A DNA stretch of 64,000 bases. It comes from Salpingoeca rosetta (Eukaryota > Protista > Choanoflagellata). This document shows positions 28,181 through 42,373 of the stretch, one piece after another (position 1 is the first letter of the stretch; each line of letters begins with the position of its first letter). Location: NCBI GenBank assembly GCA_033442325.1, contig JAWQFM010000018.1, positions 447,482-511,481 of the forward strand, in the 5' to 3' direction. A model generated the notes under the pieces. It was not told the origin of the DNA. It did no database searches and saw only the letters and a list, made by a program, of their open reading frames with translations. Made by a program: the position numbers and the translations under genes.

Positions 28181-28259
28181 CCTAATGACTCCAGCAGCAG
28201 TGCCCGGCACTCGCTCTACCACCACACACACACACACACGTGCAGCCGTTTCTTCAGCC

Positions 28260-28560
28260 CTATGCGGCCTCCTCCTGGAAAATATCCACCTCATCATCAT
28301 CGCGTGCCTTCTTCCTCTTCTTCTTGTTCTTCTTCTTGTTCTTGTTTCGCTTCTTCTTCTGCTTCTTGAGCTTGGACGCCTGCTGTGTCTCCGCAGCCTT
28401 CGGTTCTTTGCCTTGTTCTTGCGTCTTCAGGTCTTGGCTCGGCTGCGTTGCTTTGGCAGCGTCCATCTTCCCTTCCTCCTCCTTCTTCTCCTCCTCATTC
28501 GTCTCATTCGTCTCCGCGTTGGGCTCGCACCCTTCCTCGTCTTCCTTCTTTTCATCGTGC

Positions 28561-28629
<69 letters not shown>

Positions 28630-28902
28630 GTTGGGGCAGCAGTATCAATTTCCTCCACGGTTTGTGGGCGAGAAGCAATCGAAGGAGCAGCAGACACGTA
28701 GTTGCTGTCAGCGTCGTCGTCGTCCTTGTCATCGCCGTTGTCACCCTCAAGTGCACGTGGGGCTGTGATGGGCGCGGGTTCGCTTCCGATGCGACCACAC
28801 CTCTCACCCAACAGCGCCTGAACATCCACAACTTTCGCCGACGATGACGACGGTGGCAGTTGGGGCGGTGGTGAAGGTTGAGGCTGCACTTGTTGCGGTT
28901 GC

Positions 28903-28949
<47 letters not shown>

Positions 28950-31900
28950 TTGTTGTTGTTGTTGTTGTTGTTGTTGTTGCTTTTGTTGCTTTTGTTGCTT
29001 TTGTTGCTGCTGCTGCACTTGTGGTTGCTGCTGCTGCTGCTGCATTTGCGGCTGTTGCTGCTGTTCCGGTGGGAGCGGGGCCATGGGTGCTGTCGGCGGG
29101 GGTGGCGGTGGCGACATGGTCGTGGGAGAGACGACAATCGTTGGTGGCGGCAAGGACATGGTGTCAAACGGCCCAGCATCGTCACGAGTGGTCTCCGTCA
29201 CAACAATCGGAGGTGACACTGGGGGTGCAGGCAGGGAAGAAGTCCTCGTTTTCAAGGTTGTCGCAGTGGTTGCTGGGGCTGCAGGTGTTGTGGACTGTGG
29301 CAGTGATGCGCATTGAAGCGGGGAGGACGGTCGAGGGGTGTGGTGGTCGTGATCACGGTGGTCATCGTCGTCATCGTCGTCGCGCTGTGGAAGGGCGATA
29401 CCTGGCGCCTCGTTTGCTGTGTCCACGATCGTTGACGGGGGGAATGTTTGGTGTGGAGAAAGGGTTCGATGAACGTGCGCTTGCTGTGGCTGTTGCCGTT
29501 GCGGCTGCGGCGTTTGCTGCTGCTTGGGCTGGACACGATGCTCAAGCCGCGGTGGCAGCAGCATCGGCTCCCACGCCTCCTCCTCCTCCTCCTCCTCCTC
29601 CTCCTCCTCCTCCTGCTGGTGGTGGTGGTGTGGTTGCGATGACGGAGCCTGGTGCTGTTCATCGAGCGGCGGCGGTGCTTCTTCGACGACAGGCTGTGAC
29701 GGCTTCAGCTGTGGCGACGTGGGTCGCATGGACAGGCCGCTCAGCTGCGCAGCCAACGCAGCTTGCAGAGAACCTTGCTGCTTCTGCTGCTGTGTTTGCT
29801 GCGGTTGCTGTGGTTGCTGTGGTTGTTGCTGCTTCTGCTGCTGTGGTTGTTGCTGCTGCTGCTGATGGTGTGTTGGCTGTTGTTGGTGGTGGTGGTGTTG
29901 TTGTTGCTGGGGTTTGGGTGTACCATCCACGGGCCCTTTCACAACAGCAACGTTGCTGCCACCAGCTCCAGCATCATCGAAGCTGCCCCGTCGCTGCGAG
30001 CTGTTGCAGGGTTTGGATGACAGCTTGCCTGCAAGCAACGATGCCAGCTTGGGCTGCCGACGTGTTGGCCGGCGCACCCACGGCCCCGTGGGCACATAAG
30101 TTGGGTCTGGGCTGGTGTGCCCTGGACCAGGCCCAGCCATGAAGACGTCACTCTCCCTGCTGTCAGCACCATCAACACCGTCATCGCTGATGGCGCCCCC
30201 GTCCAGCACCAAGCCTGTGCCCCAGCTGTCGCTTGCCTGTCGCATGGCAGCAGGCTGTGATGGCTGCGGAGGCATGAGAAACCTGCTCTTTGCCAACGCA
30301 GATGACATATGCTGCTGTGGTTGCTGTGGCTGCTGCTGTGGTTGCTGTTGTTGTAGTGGTTGGGGCTGTTGGGGCTGTTGCTGAGGTTGAAGCTGTTGGG
30401 GTTGTGGTGGAAAATGCGGCTGCTGCTGTGGTTGTGGTTGTGGTTGTTGTGGTTGTTGCTGCAGCAACTGCTGAAGCTGCGTGCGCAGATGTGGCTGCTG
30501 TGGGTGGCGCTGCTCCGTCACGCTGTCGTGGCGTGGAGGTGTTGGCGGAGGGAACTGGGGCACAGCGGCTGTTGTCGATGACAGCAGCGCCTCACGCATC
30601 AACTTCTCTTGCAGCTCGGTTGCTTGCTTCCGCTTGTCGCCAGGTCCTTGCATCTGCTGCACCTGCTGCTGTCGTTGCTGCGGCTGTGGCTGTTGCTGCA
30701 CTGGAGGTGTGCTCGGAAACGCCGTTGGCTGTGGCTGCTGCTGCTGTAATGTTTGTTGTGGCTGCTGTGGTTGCTGTAGGGTGTCTACACGTTGGGGCTC
30801 GGGTTGTAACAGCGGTAGCGGCTGGTGGTGTTGAGCGCTGGATGTCACTGCAACTGCCTGCCCATTATGCTGCTGCTGCTGTTGTTGTTGTTGCGTGGTT
30901 GTCGCTGTGGTCCAAGGGCTCGTGCGCGCAGACGCAGACGGTTGCACAACTAAACCAGTCATCAAAAGGTGGCGTGAGCAAAACGGCAGGTATCGAGCAC
31001 ATGTGCAGAGCAACAAGCGTATGCACACCGACACACACGCGCGCGCGCGCTCACACGCACACACACACAAAAACAAAAACAAACAAACAAAAAAAAAAAA
31101 AAAAAAAAAACAAAAAAAAAGCGCAGCAACACTCACCTCGAGCTGGCTGTGGAGGGGTGAAGATGTCACGAGACAGCGGCTGGCCGTGCTGGTCAACAGA
31201 GTTGCACACGCCAATAAACGGCTCCACGCGCGAACAGAACTCATCGATAATGTCAGCTATGGCATCGTCCCCGCCAGGCAGCGCCCCGCTGGCATCGGCA
31301 AGCGCGGGGTCTGCCCCGAGCGAAAGAAGCATGGCGACAAGGTCTTGGTCGCTGGCGTCGCACGCCCACGTCAATGCAGTGTGGCCTGCCTCGTCCACAA
31401 TGGCCGCAAGAATGTCGGGCTGCTGCACAACAGCGTCCAGGAGCTTGTGCACTGCTGACATGCGCTCGCCACCGCGCGTGCCCGCAACGCCCGTCACGGC
31501 CTTTCGCGACTCGTCCATGGATGAGGTGCACACCTGTGCCAGCCGCTCGGTGACGGCGGTGGTGCGGCGCTGCGCTGCTGCCAACGCCTTGTCGCCCCTA
31601 AACATGTGTGACATGCACTTGTGCCCGCTGATGGCCAGCAGCAGGTGGTGGACGTACTTGGTGAGCGAGAGCGTGGACAGCTGCGCGGCGCACGACGACG
31701 CAGCGAGATTGCGCATGCACGCACGACGCGCCTCCCCCACGACAGCAGCGAGGATGGCAGGAGCCATCACCCACAGCTCCTGCAGGCGTCGCTTGACAGC
31801 ACCGGGGCGCCCAACGCCAGGGATGCCCTCCATCTCCACCAGCTCGGCCCGCACCATCGCCACGATGCGCGATGTCGGCGTGACCAGCGACCCCCACATG

Positions 31901-33330
31901 CCGCTGTTGTCCCCTTGCTCGTCGTCGCTGCTGTCGCCGCTGTCATGACGACGACGGTGGTGGTGGTGTTGGCGGTGGCGGCTGCGGCGGTTTGAATGAT
32001 GATGACGACGATGATGGGGAGGGGAGCGGTCCCGCTGTCCGCGTGCGCGCGTTTGCTTGCGTGTGGGCGTGCGTGGCGCGGTGTGCGGCCCCTGCACGAG
32101 GGCGTAGCTGTGCGGAACGTACTGCCCCTCCATCAGCACGGCGTCGAAGATGGGCAGCATGCCTCCCAGCGGCACGGGCGCGCCGGCCAACACCAGATGG
32201 GGCACGTCCAGGCACCCCGCGGCGGCGATGAGGTTGAGGGTGAAGCGGGCGGCGTCGGCTACGCTGGCGCAGGCGACGCGAATCACAGCAACGCCAGTGC
32301 CGCAGTCCGCACCGCCGCCATCACGCGTATACGAGCTGCTGCTGTCGCCGTCATCATCGTCGTCGACGCCGAGGTGGGGGCGGAAGGACGGGCTGAAGCT
32401 GCGGCCCATCGCAGCGAGGCCGCTGAAGGGCGGGAAGTTCACACCAACGCCGCCGCCGCCGTTGGCAAAGGGAAGCGGGTTGTCGCGTGCACACCCGCTG
32501 TCGCCCCTGCCCCTGCATGTGGTGCGCGGCACAGCGCAGTGGGCGCCGTCAATGTGGAAGTGGTCGTCGTCGGTGTCGTCGGCGTGGAGCGGGCGAACGG
32601 TGGCAATGACAACGGGGCAGCGCACGCACTCGCGCCACTTTGCAACCTGCTCCGTCTCCGTCTCCATGGCATCTGGCGTCTCCGTGGCCAGCACCACGTG
32701 CGTGCACGCGGCGATGCAGTCCAGCGCATCCTGTGCGACCATGCAGTCCTTGCCGTTGAACAGCTTCAGATACTTCATGCGCGCGTCCATCGTGTCCACC
32801 AGGTCGTGGATGTCGGCCTCTGGCAGGAGAATCACGGCCGGTGCGGAGCGCGGCAGGAACCGGGAGAGCTGGAGGGCTTGCTCGAGCGACCGCACGGCTT
32901 GCACCTGCGGCTCGCCAGAACCACACTCGCTGGCGGTGGCGCTGGTGCGGCGGCTGCACACGGACGACCCGTAGCCAAAGCCGGCAAACGCAGGCGCGGA
33001 CGTGGACGCAGAGATGGCGCGTGGGCTCGGCGTGTAGGATGAGCGGGTAGGGAGGCTGTGGAAGCCGTTGACGAGAGAGTGGACGTTTGAGGAGGGTGTG
33101 CGGGTGCCGCTGCTGATGGCTCTCCGGCACGTGCTACTTGCTGCGGTGTTATAGCTGTTGCTGTTGCTGGCGTGAACGGAGGTCGAGGCTGTGGTTGTGA
33201 CGTCTGTGTCGCCGACGGCGAATACGACGGCGTCGCGCTCAAGGGTGAAGGTAGGGCCGTTGTAGGCGGTGTCAGCAACGATCCGCACAGAGTCGTGGAA
33301 CCCACAGCGGCGGGCGGGCTTGTGCCTTGG
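28260..33330 (-). CDS. Ankyrin-repeat protein B with long Q/P-rich C-terminus (paralog of 4753-7863; 5' exons uncertain)
   Basis: ORFs 31051-33681 and 28260-31244 joined by intron 31136-30950 (G|gtgagt..tttag|). Ankyrin-like DEAGHTALTWACDASDQDLVAMLLSLGADP. Confidence 0.8.
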
Positions 33331-33414
33331 CCGTGCGCGAGCAGAACAAACGGGGCTGTAGTGTGCGTGAGTGAAGGGGGGGGGGGGTTGCGTGTGAGTT
33401 TGTGTGTGTGTGTT

Positions 33415-33526
<112 letters not shown>

Positions 33527-34590
33527 GGAGGGACAGGCGATGGCATGAGACCAACAGGATAGCAAAACACAATAAATGACAAGCACAAGCACCTGTCCAC
33601 AAACAAAACAGCATCAACAAACCAACAGTATCGACAAAGAAAACACCATCGACAAGGAAACAGAGCAAACAAACAGAGCAAACAGCGTCAACAAGACAAA
33701 AACCCCAGGAGGACAGTCAGTTCATGACGTACCGCTGCATACACGATCGAAGCGGAAAGTGGTGATGGGAGTAGCTGCACCAACAGGCCAAGAGTTCACC
33801 GACTTGACCAGTTCACAAGCACCCAAGTGATAGGGGAGAGTGAACAAGGGCGCTTTTTGCACGGAACAGCACCTGCGAACACAAGCAAAACGCCGCCAAC
33901 GTCGTTTTTGGATGGTCGACACACACAAACGCATGATGGCATGAGTTCCGATCAAAGGGAGTCAGATCGCTTGATGACACAAGCGAACAGAAAGGCCTTG
34001 TTCAATGCACGGCATCAGCCGCCACTACCACCACCGACATCCAACAATCACACCATGTCTCAACACACACAAGCACCCACAAGCACACACAAGCACGGAT
34101 GGGACACATCCATCTCACAGAATCGGTCTCTGCGCCACACGTCAATGCTGACCTCGCTTCGCTGAGCCGTGCGTGATGCGACACAGAACCTGCAAAAAAA
34201 TTGCGCGTACGCACGCAGCCTAAACAAAGTGATGGCGCGTGCGCTCTGTGTGCATCGGCAGAGGGATGTGGTGTTTTGATGGCTGGCTGGGCTGCACTGG
34301 GTGGCTGCTTCGGAGTATGCGCTGCTGCGTTCTTGCGTGCTGGCAGGTGCCATCAAGGTGCTGCAGGTTTGTTTGTGTTTGGGCAATGACGAATAGCATG
34401 TGAAATCATACGCAGATTTTCGTCAAGGTCGGCAAACAACGGCGACAAAGACAACAGCGACGAGTGTGCGTGGGCAAACCTCTCTCGCATCAGGACTCAC
34501 ATCAGCTTCAACCAAACGAGTCAGTGAGCCAGAACCAGAAGTGGACTGGACTGGACTGGACTGGACTGGGCTGAAGCGGAGGTGTTGAAG

Positions 34591-34832
34591 CTGGCGTCGC
34601 TGCAGGAACAGCTGCAGGAACGGCGGGACAAGCTGCGCCCAACAGAGACGGTGGTGCGGCAAGGACCGGCGCACTTTGTGGTTGACACGGAACCGGACTT
34701 GAAGGTGGCACGGGTGCTGGACCTGAACGTCTTTGTCGGCAGTCAGGACGCTGCAGCGGACATTGACACGCTGCAACGACACGGAATCACACACATCCTC
34801 AACGTCTCTTCAACCCCATTGCCTCCTCCTCC

Positions 34833-34864
<32 letters not shown>

Positions 34865-35631
34865 CAACGAGCGGAGACCCAACAGCAGCAGCACAACAAC
34901 CGCCAGCACCAACAACGCTGCACGTGCCTCTGCTTGATCTTCCCGAGACCCAATTGAGCGACGTCCTGCCCCAAGCATTCGCGTTTATTCGCACTGCGGA
35001 CCGCGTCCTCGTTCACTGGTGCGATTAAGCTGTTGGATGTTGTGGTGTGTTGTGGTGTGTTGTGTTGTGGATGGCGGTGTGGTGTGTTTTGGCTTTGTGT
35101 GTTTTGGCTTTGTGTGTTTTGTTCTGTTTTCGGTGCACTCGCTTGTCTTCACGAACATACACCTCCTCACTCACATCCCGCTTGTGGCACGATGATGAAC
35201 AGCAACGCCGGTGTTTCGCGATCCGTCTCGGTCGCTCTCGCCTACTGTATCGTGGAGAAGGTGTGGCTCTGCACACAGTGCTTGCCGTGCACGTATGATG
35301 TGATGCAATGAGGCCTGTCGCTGTGGACGCTCAACGATCACACACACACACACACGCACATACACACACACAATCACTCACACACTCACACACACACACA
35401 CTCGCTCACATATACGCGCATACACACACTCTCATATACGCGCATACACACCCTCTCACACACAAACACACACACACACACCTGCGATAGGGTGTTGCCC
35501 TTTCGGCTGCGTTTGAAGACTTGAAGGCAAAGCGGCCAGCTGTCCGTCCAAACGCTGGGTTTTGGCAGCAGCTCACCGTCCTCGAGCAACAGCGGTTGCA
35601 GTCAGCACAAGATCCAGGGCAGACACGCTAG
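34591..35631 (+). CDS. DUSP19: Atypical dual-specificity phosphatase, DUSP19-like (3 exons; start uncertain)
   Basis: DLKVARV..VGSQDAAADIDTLQRHGITHILNV, LLDLPET, spliced VLVHC|NAGVSRS (35018/35203), KRPAVRPNAGFWQQL, stop at 35629-35631. Confidence 0.85.
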
Positions 35632-35683
35632 CTCCAACACACAGCGCATTCAACACGCAAACTCCCACAGGGCAACGACAACC

Positions 35684-36437
35684 ATGGCTCAATTGAAGCA
35701 GCTTCACAGCGGTCGTGGTATTCCCTCGCTCCGCTTCATCGTTGGCACGTGCCTCCTCATCGCCGCCGCCACAACACTGCTGGCATCCGCCGAGAACGTG
35801 CAGGTAAGCACTCGTGTGTGTGTGTGTGTGTGTGTGTTTATGTCTGTGTGGGTGTGTTTATGTCTGTGTGTGTGTGTTTATGTCTGTGTGTGTGTCTGTG
35901 TGTCGTAGCGCGCGAGTGTTACCGAGGCATTTCCACATTGCCCCCACTCACGCACTCACTCACTGCGCATATGCTCCCGCATTTGTGCAATTCCGTGGTG
36001 AAATGACAGGTGCACTTGATCCCGCACAGGTATGGTGACATTCGACATCCGTGTGGCCCTTCATGGCCACACCGTGTCATATGTACTTTGACTGGTTGCG
36101 TGTAGGTCACAGTCTTTCACATATGTGTGTGTGCGTTTTCATTTGTGTGTGCAGCCACCAAGATCCTGGGTACCGCGAAACGGTTTATGGCTACTGGAGG
36201 TATGTATGTGTCTCTGAGGCAAGCAGTGCGCGTCTGCACAAGCGCGGCCCGGTGCTGACTTCTTCAACAACATTTGTTGTTCCATCGCATTCTTTCCCCA
36301 CCTCCTCTCCTCACGCAATCACTGCAAAACACATCCACGCAACACCACGTCAAACACTACCGACACATGTGTACAGGGACAGCGTTTCGGACACGCTGCG
36401 CACGACCGTCCAGGCCCTCCAGGACGACCCAACACGC

Positions 36438-36478
<41 letters not shown>

Positions 36479-37107
36479 TGTGTCTGTGTGTCTGCGTGTG
36501 TATCTCTGTGTCTGTGTGTGTACATGCCTCCTGAACTCTTCCACTTTTGTGGACATGCGCGTTTTCCATCCTGTTCCACCATCCACATGCGCTGTGTGTG
36601 TGTGTGTGTGTTTCAGGTTTGTGTGGGAGGAGACCATTTGGCTGCGATATCTGTGGGAGAGCGGTGACGCCGACACGATCAACGGCATCCAACACCTCGG
36701 TGCGATGGCCGTCATGGTTGTGCTGCTGGTAGTGCTGCTGGTAGTGCTGATACAGGTGCTGTTGTTGGGCAGTGATCGGGTGAGGGACGGTGGTTTTGTG
36801 AACCGGTTGAATGCTGTTGTAAACAACAACAACATCATCATCATCAATACGGCCAAGTGCGCCACTGACGCCCATTTGTCTCGCACCATTCTCCTCCTTC
36901 ATCATCCGCCATCCCATTCCCACTTGCAGTGAAGAACGGGCAGCTGGAGCTGATTGGCGGCGGATGGGTGATGCACGATGAAGCAGGCTCCTCCCTCTGG
37001 TCAACCGCAAACCAGATGACAATCGGACTGGACTTTCTCTTTGACAAGTTCAAAACGCGTCCAAAGTGGGCGTGGCACATTGACCCCTTTGGGCACTCTG
37101 GTCCGTT

Positions 37108-37177
<70 letters not shown>

Positions 37178-37574
37178 TGTCTGTCTGTCTGTCTGTTTGT
37201 GTGTGTGTGTGTGTGTCTATGACTCTGTGCCTGTACGTGTGTCTGTGTCTATCTGTATGCTTCCATGTCTCTCCATCTTTGTCTGTGTCTGCCTGCTTGC
37301 ATGCCTCCACTCGCACGAACAACTCATTGCAACACCACGTTACCTCTTGCACGTCCACCAACCAACCGCCAGTGACATCTCCCTCGGTGTTTGCGTCGCT
37401 CGGCTACTCTGCGTTTGTCATCAACCGCATCCCCGACGACGAGAAGCAGGAACGCAAAGCCAACCGCTCGCTCGAGCTCCTCTGGACCGGATCAACGGCC
37501 CAGCACCCAGACAGCACCCTCCTCGCACACGTCCTCGACTCCCACTACGCGTCAGTTGTGCAGGAGTTGCTTGC

Positions 37575-37640
<66 letters not shown>

Positions 37641-38583
37641 CTTCTTGTTGGTGGTGGGCTTGTGGTCGTGACTCTACCCCTGCCTGCACGCGTAACTGTC
37701 TGAATTCCTCCACTTCGCCTACACTCTTTGCTTTCGCTTACCCAATGCACTGGTGCCCACTGCCTTTCTGGTAGGGACAACCGCGCGATCCTGCGGGCGC
37801 TGGAGACGGCGGCGGAGAAGCGGCACCTCGATGCCTGCAGGCAATTCCAGCAGTTTGGCACTTACAAGGCCGCCCTTACACACGTGGTGCAGATGGTGCA
37901 CGCACGTGCACGCGGCGACGGCGGAAACCGCGACTTGCGACCGCACCACCCGTCCCAGCAGCAGCGGGAGGAGGATGCTGCTGTCCGCATCCAAAGGGTG
38001 TGGAGGGGCGTGGCTGCGCGTCGCCGCATTGCCTGCATGCATCGCGGCGTGCGTGCGCTGCAGCTCATCTTCCGAGCGAAGCGGCTGCGGCGGCGACGGA
38101 AGCAGCAGCAGCACTACCAACGGCAGGAGGAGAGGGCGATGGCTGCGGATGTGTACAGGGACGGCGTGGCTGAGGGAACGCGAGGCCCTGGCCAGCCACC
38201 TCAGGTGTGTCTGTCTGTCTGTGTGTCTGTGTGTGTGTGTGTCTGGTCCAGACCGCGTGATCCCGACAATCTCGCTCATCTTTGTCTGTGTCTGCCTGCT
38301 TGCATGCCTCCACTCGCACGAACAACTCATTGCAACACCACGTTACCTCTTGCACGTCCACCAACCAACCGCCAGTGACATCTCCCTCGGTGTTTGCGTC
38401 GCTCGGCTACTCTGCGTTTGTCATCAACCGCATCCCCGACGACGAGAAGCAGGAACGCAAAGCCAACCGCTCGCTCGAGCTCCTCTGGACCGGATCAACG
38501 GCCCAGCACCCAGACAGCACCCTCCTCGCACACGTCCTCGACTCCCACTACGCGTCAGTTGTGCAGGAGTTGCTTGCTTTGTG

Positions 38584-38621
<38 letters not shown>

Positions 38622-38884
38622 TTGTGTGTGTGTGTGTCTCTGTCTGTCTCTCTGTCTCTGTCTGTCTGTGCTTGCTTGATGCTTGCTTTGTGCAGTTCGC
38701 AATGTCGGTGACAGCCCACTCTCACATCAACTCCCGCCTCCTTCATCCACTCCCCACCACCACCTCACCACCGGCAGCACGCCCGTTCTGCCCGGCGTCA
38801 CGGCTGCGGAGAAGGCGAAACAGCTCGCCGAGCAGTGCGCACAGCGAGCCAAGTACGCCACTGCTGAAGATGGGTGTTTGGGCA

Positions 38885-38951
<67 letters not shown>

Positions 38952-39496
38952 TCCGGATCTGGTGCGCCGACGGCATGGTGCATCCATGTTTCACGCTCAC
39001 CTCCACCATCGATACACACCTATGCACACACATGTGTTAGGTGGTATCGCACGAAACACGTGCTGGTTCCCTTTGGAAACGACTTTGAGTTCAAAGACGC
39101 GAGGCTCCAATTTGACGCCATGGACGAAATTCTTCGCATCATCAACAACGTATGTGTGTGTGTTGTTTGTTTGGGTCATGCAGCGAAGATGCGCTCCTTC
39201 TCTTCGCTTCCATCCTCATTTTCCCCCACTCAATTCCATTCACAATAACACACACAATACTACACATGCACACAACCACACAACCACGTACGCCACGCTC
39301 CTCCCCCCCCCCCTCTCCCGAAGGACCCTGCGTCCCACTCGAACGTCACCATCAAGTACAGCACGCTCAACGAGTACTTTACGGCCCTTCACGCTGATCC
39401 CAACGCCGTCTTCCCAGCAGCTGCGCCAGGTACCACCGATGGCCGTGTGGTGGTGGTGGTGACCGTGGTGGTGTGCCGTACACCGTGTGCTGGTGC

Positions 39497-39595
<99 letters not shown>

Positions 39596-40748
39596 AAGCG
39601 AATGTTGTCAATGACTTCTCCTTTCTGCGACCCACCACCGCCACTTCCAACACCAACCATCACCAACCACCACCACCACCAGGCAAGGACTTCTTCCCCT
39701 ACATTGCGTGCAGCCCCTGCACCGCCTCCAAGTGCATTGGCCTTCCCTGCGGTTCGCGTGACGCGTATTGGGTTGGATACTACACCTCCCGCCCGCACCA
39801 GAAACTCATGTCCTTCAAGCAGGTGTGTGTGTGTGTGTTTGTTGTGTGTGCGTGCGCGTGTGTGTATGTGTTTGTTATGTGTGTGTGCGTGTGTGTGTCT
39901 GTGTGTGTCTGTGTCTGTGTCTGTCTGTGCCTGCGTGATTGTCTCGCAAACAGGTTTTGGTCGCGGTTACATGTGAATTGCTTGGTGTTCCCATCTTTCA
40001 CATGTGCACACACACTCACACACACACACAAACACATACGCAAACACACACACGCGCGCGTTCAGGACGCCCTTGCCCGCTCCCTGAACATCCTACAAAC
40101 GCTGCAGCGTCACGCCACCACCACTGATACTACCGCCACCACCAGTACAACAGGCGTGGCTGACGCTGACCTTGTTGTGACGACAGCCCGCAACACGTCT
40201 GGGCTGATGCAGCACCACGACGCGCTTCCAGGGACGTCGTTCAACTACTGCACCATCAGCACATCGGAGTGTGATTGCGTTGCGGACTACAACAAGCGCA
40301 TCGCCGCTGCTGCACAGAGCAGCGACAACCTCATCGGCAACATCGAGGCGAAGCTGCTTGGTGAGTTGTCTTTGTTTGTTTGCTTGTTTGTTTGGTTTGT
40401 TTGTTTGTTTGTTTGTTTGTTTGTTTGTTTGTTTGCTTGTTTGTTTGTTTGTTTGTTTGTTTGTTTGTTTGTTTGTTTGTTTGTTTGCATGCGTTTGAGT
40501 GACTGTGTGTGGTCTGCCGCTTGCATTCGTGTTCACGTCTTCTCACACCACACAAACACGCGCACCCTCCGCTGCTGCGTCGTAGGCGTGCCCGGGAACG
40601 TGAGCGTGGTGACGGCGGCAACCCTCGCCAACTCGTCATACTCCAGCCCAGAGTGGACCATATTCATCAGGTGCGTTGTGGACAGATGTGGTGGCCGTGG
40701 CATGTCTTGTGTGCTGCATGCAGGTGCAGTGTGAATTCTCACGACGTT

Positions 40749-40796
<48 letters not shown>

Positions 40797-42373
40797 ACAC
40801 ACGCACGCACACGCACACACCACACCACACACACACACACACGCACACACGTACGCACACACACATTACTTATCCACTCACGTTGTACCCCCTCCCCCCT
40901 CCCGTGCAACTTAGCAACCCTGTCGCGTGGCGCAGGCGGGACGTGGTACAAGTGGACATTGCCGGGGTGACAACCAGCCGCGTCATCAACGTCAAGACGG
41001 GCGAGATTGTGCCGTCGCAGGTGGTGGTTGATCCGCTTCGAGGAAAGAATTTTGTGTACATTGCCGTGGACCTCCCACCGCTCGCCATTGCCACCTACCG
41101 CCTGGAGCTCGGCGTCGTTGATCCACAGCAGCAGCAGCAGGAATCCTCCTCCTCCTCCTCATTTTTTTCTTCTTCTTCCTCTTCTTCCTCCTCGTCCCTG
41201 TGCAACGGCGCGGTGTGCATCACGTTCAGCAGCACCACGGGACGGCCCACAGCGTGGGTTGACCTTGCGTCCGGCACCACGCACGCGCTCAACGTGGACC
41301 ACGTGTACATGCGCGAGCGCACGCCCGTGGATGCGGACATCTTCTCCGGCTCCAACGTGTACGACTTCACGCCGGACGGCACGTCCACCTCTCTATGGCC
41401 GGCCCGCCCCACGCTGGTCAGCGTCGCTAATGGCCCCATCGTGTGGGAGCAGACGGCCACGCTGAGCGGGGACATGTACGTGTCGTTCCGCCTGTACAAC
41501 GCGTCGCTCGTCGACGAGACACAGCGGTCTCTGCAGGTGCAGACTCACACGGGCGTGATGACATCGGCCTCTTCGGGCTCCATGCTCATGCGCGTGAGCA
41601 CAGATGTGAAGAGCGGAACTGCGTTCTTCACGGACAACAACGCGTTCCAACGCAAGCACCGCACCTTTGACTCGTCCTTGCCTTACTCCGGCAACTTCTA
41701 CCCCGTCGTCGGCGCAGCCATTGTCACGGATGCAAACACGACCGCACGCCCTCGTGCCCATCGCGACAGTGACAGTGGCGGGTTCGCGCTCTCGCTGGCG
41801 GCTTCTCGCCCAACAGCCGTGACTTCGCCGGCAAGCGGCGCGCTGGAGATGATGCTGCACCGCCGCATCATGGACCTTGACCTCCGTGGAAACGACAGCA
41901 GTGTGATGGACGACGTGGTGCTGGTGACGCTCGCCCCCGCATCTGTGGTGCAGGCCCGTGCTGCCAAGATGAGCACGCTGCACCTGCTGCCCGTGACAGT
42001 GCACGCTGTCTCTGGGCGCGTGACGCCAAAGGTGGCGACCTTCGCGCCAATGCCCAAGGCGCTACCAGATGGCGTGCATCTGCTCGATGTGCGGCTGCGC
42101 GGGAGCGGGTTTGATGAGGGCGTGGGGATGTGGCTGCAGGGCCTCGCTGGTCTTGATGGCGGGAAGGTGGACCCGAGTGAGGTGCTGCCCTGTCTGTCGA
42201 CGCGCGATTGGGAGCGCACATCGCTGGACTTCCGCCTCTCCATCAACGAGACACGCAGCGCCAGGCTCAAGTGGAAGAGCGACAGCAGCACTGCCGACGG
42301 CCAAGAAGGCCACGCAGCGGCCACTGCTGCCGTCAATGTCAAGCCAGAGTCATTCCTGGCCTTTGCTTCCTGA
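35684..42373 (+). CDS. GH38 alpha-mannosidase (MAN2B2/lysosomal-like), multi-exon
   Basis: Signal peptide, [95 protein letters not shown]. Confidence 0.92.
37274..38589 (+). repeat. Direct duplication of ~313 bp (37274-37586 and 38277-38589) containing one mannosidase exon
   Basis: Identical sequence at an offset of 1003 bp, from catctttgtctg to gcttgctttgtgtg. Confidence 0.92.
37775..38204 (+). other. Foreign IQ-motif exon (IQCB1/NPHP5-like) between the duplicated exons
   Basis: [38 protein letters not shown]: two tandem IQ motifs, bounded by ag|...|gt. Confidence 0.6.

Noticed and set aside
33576-34400. Short ORFs between ankyrin gene B and the DUSP gene
   Set aside because: No motifs; probably UTR, promoter or unresolved 5' exons of gene B.
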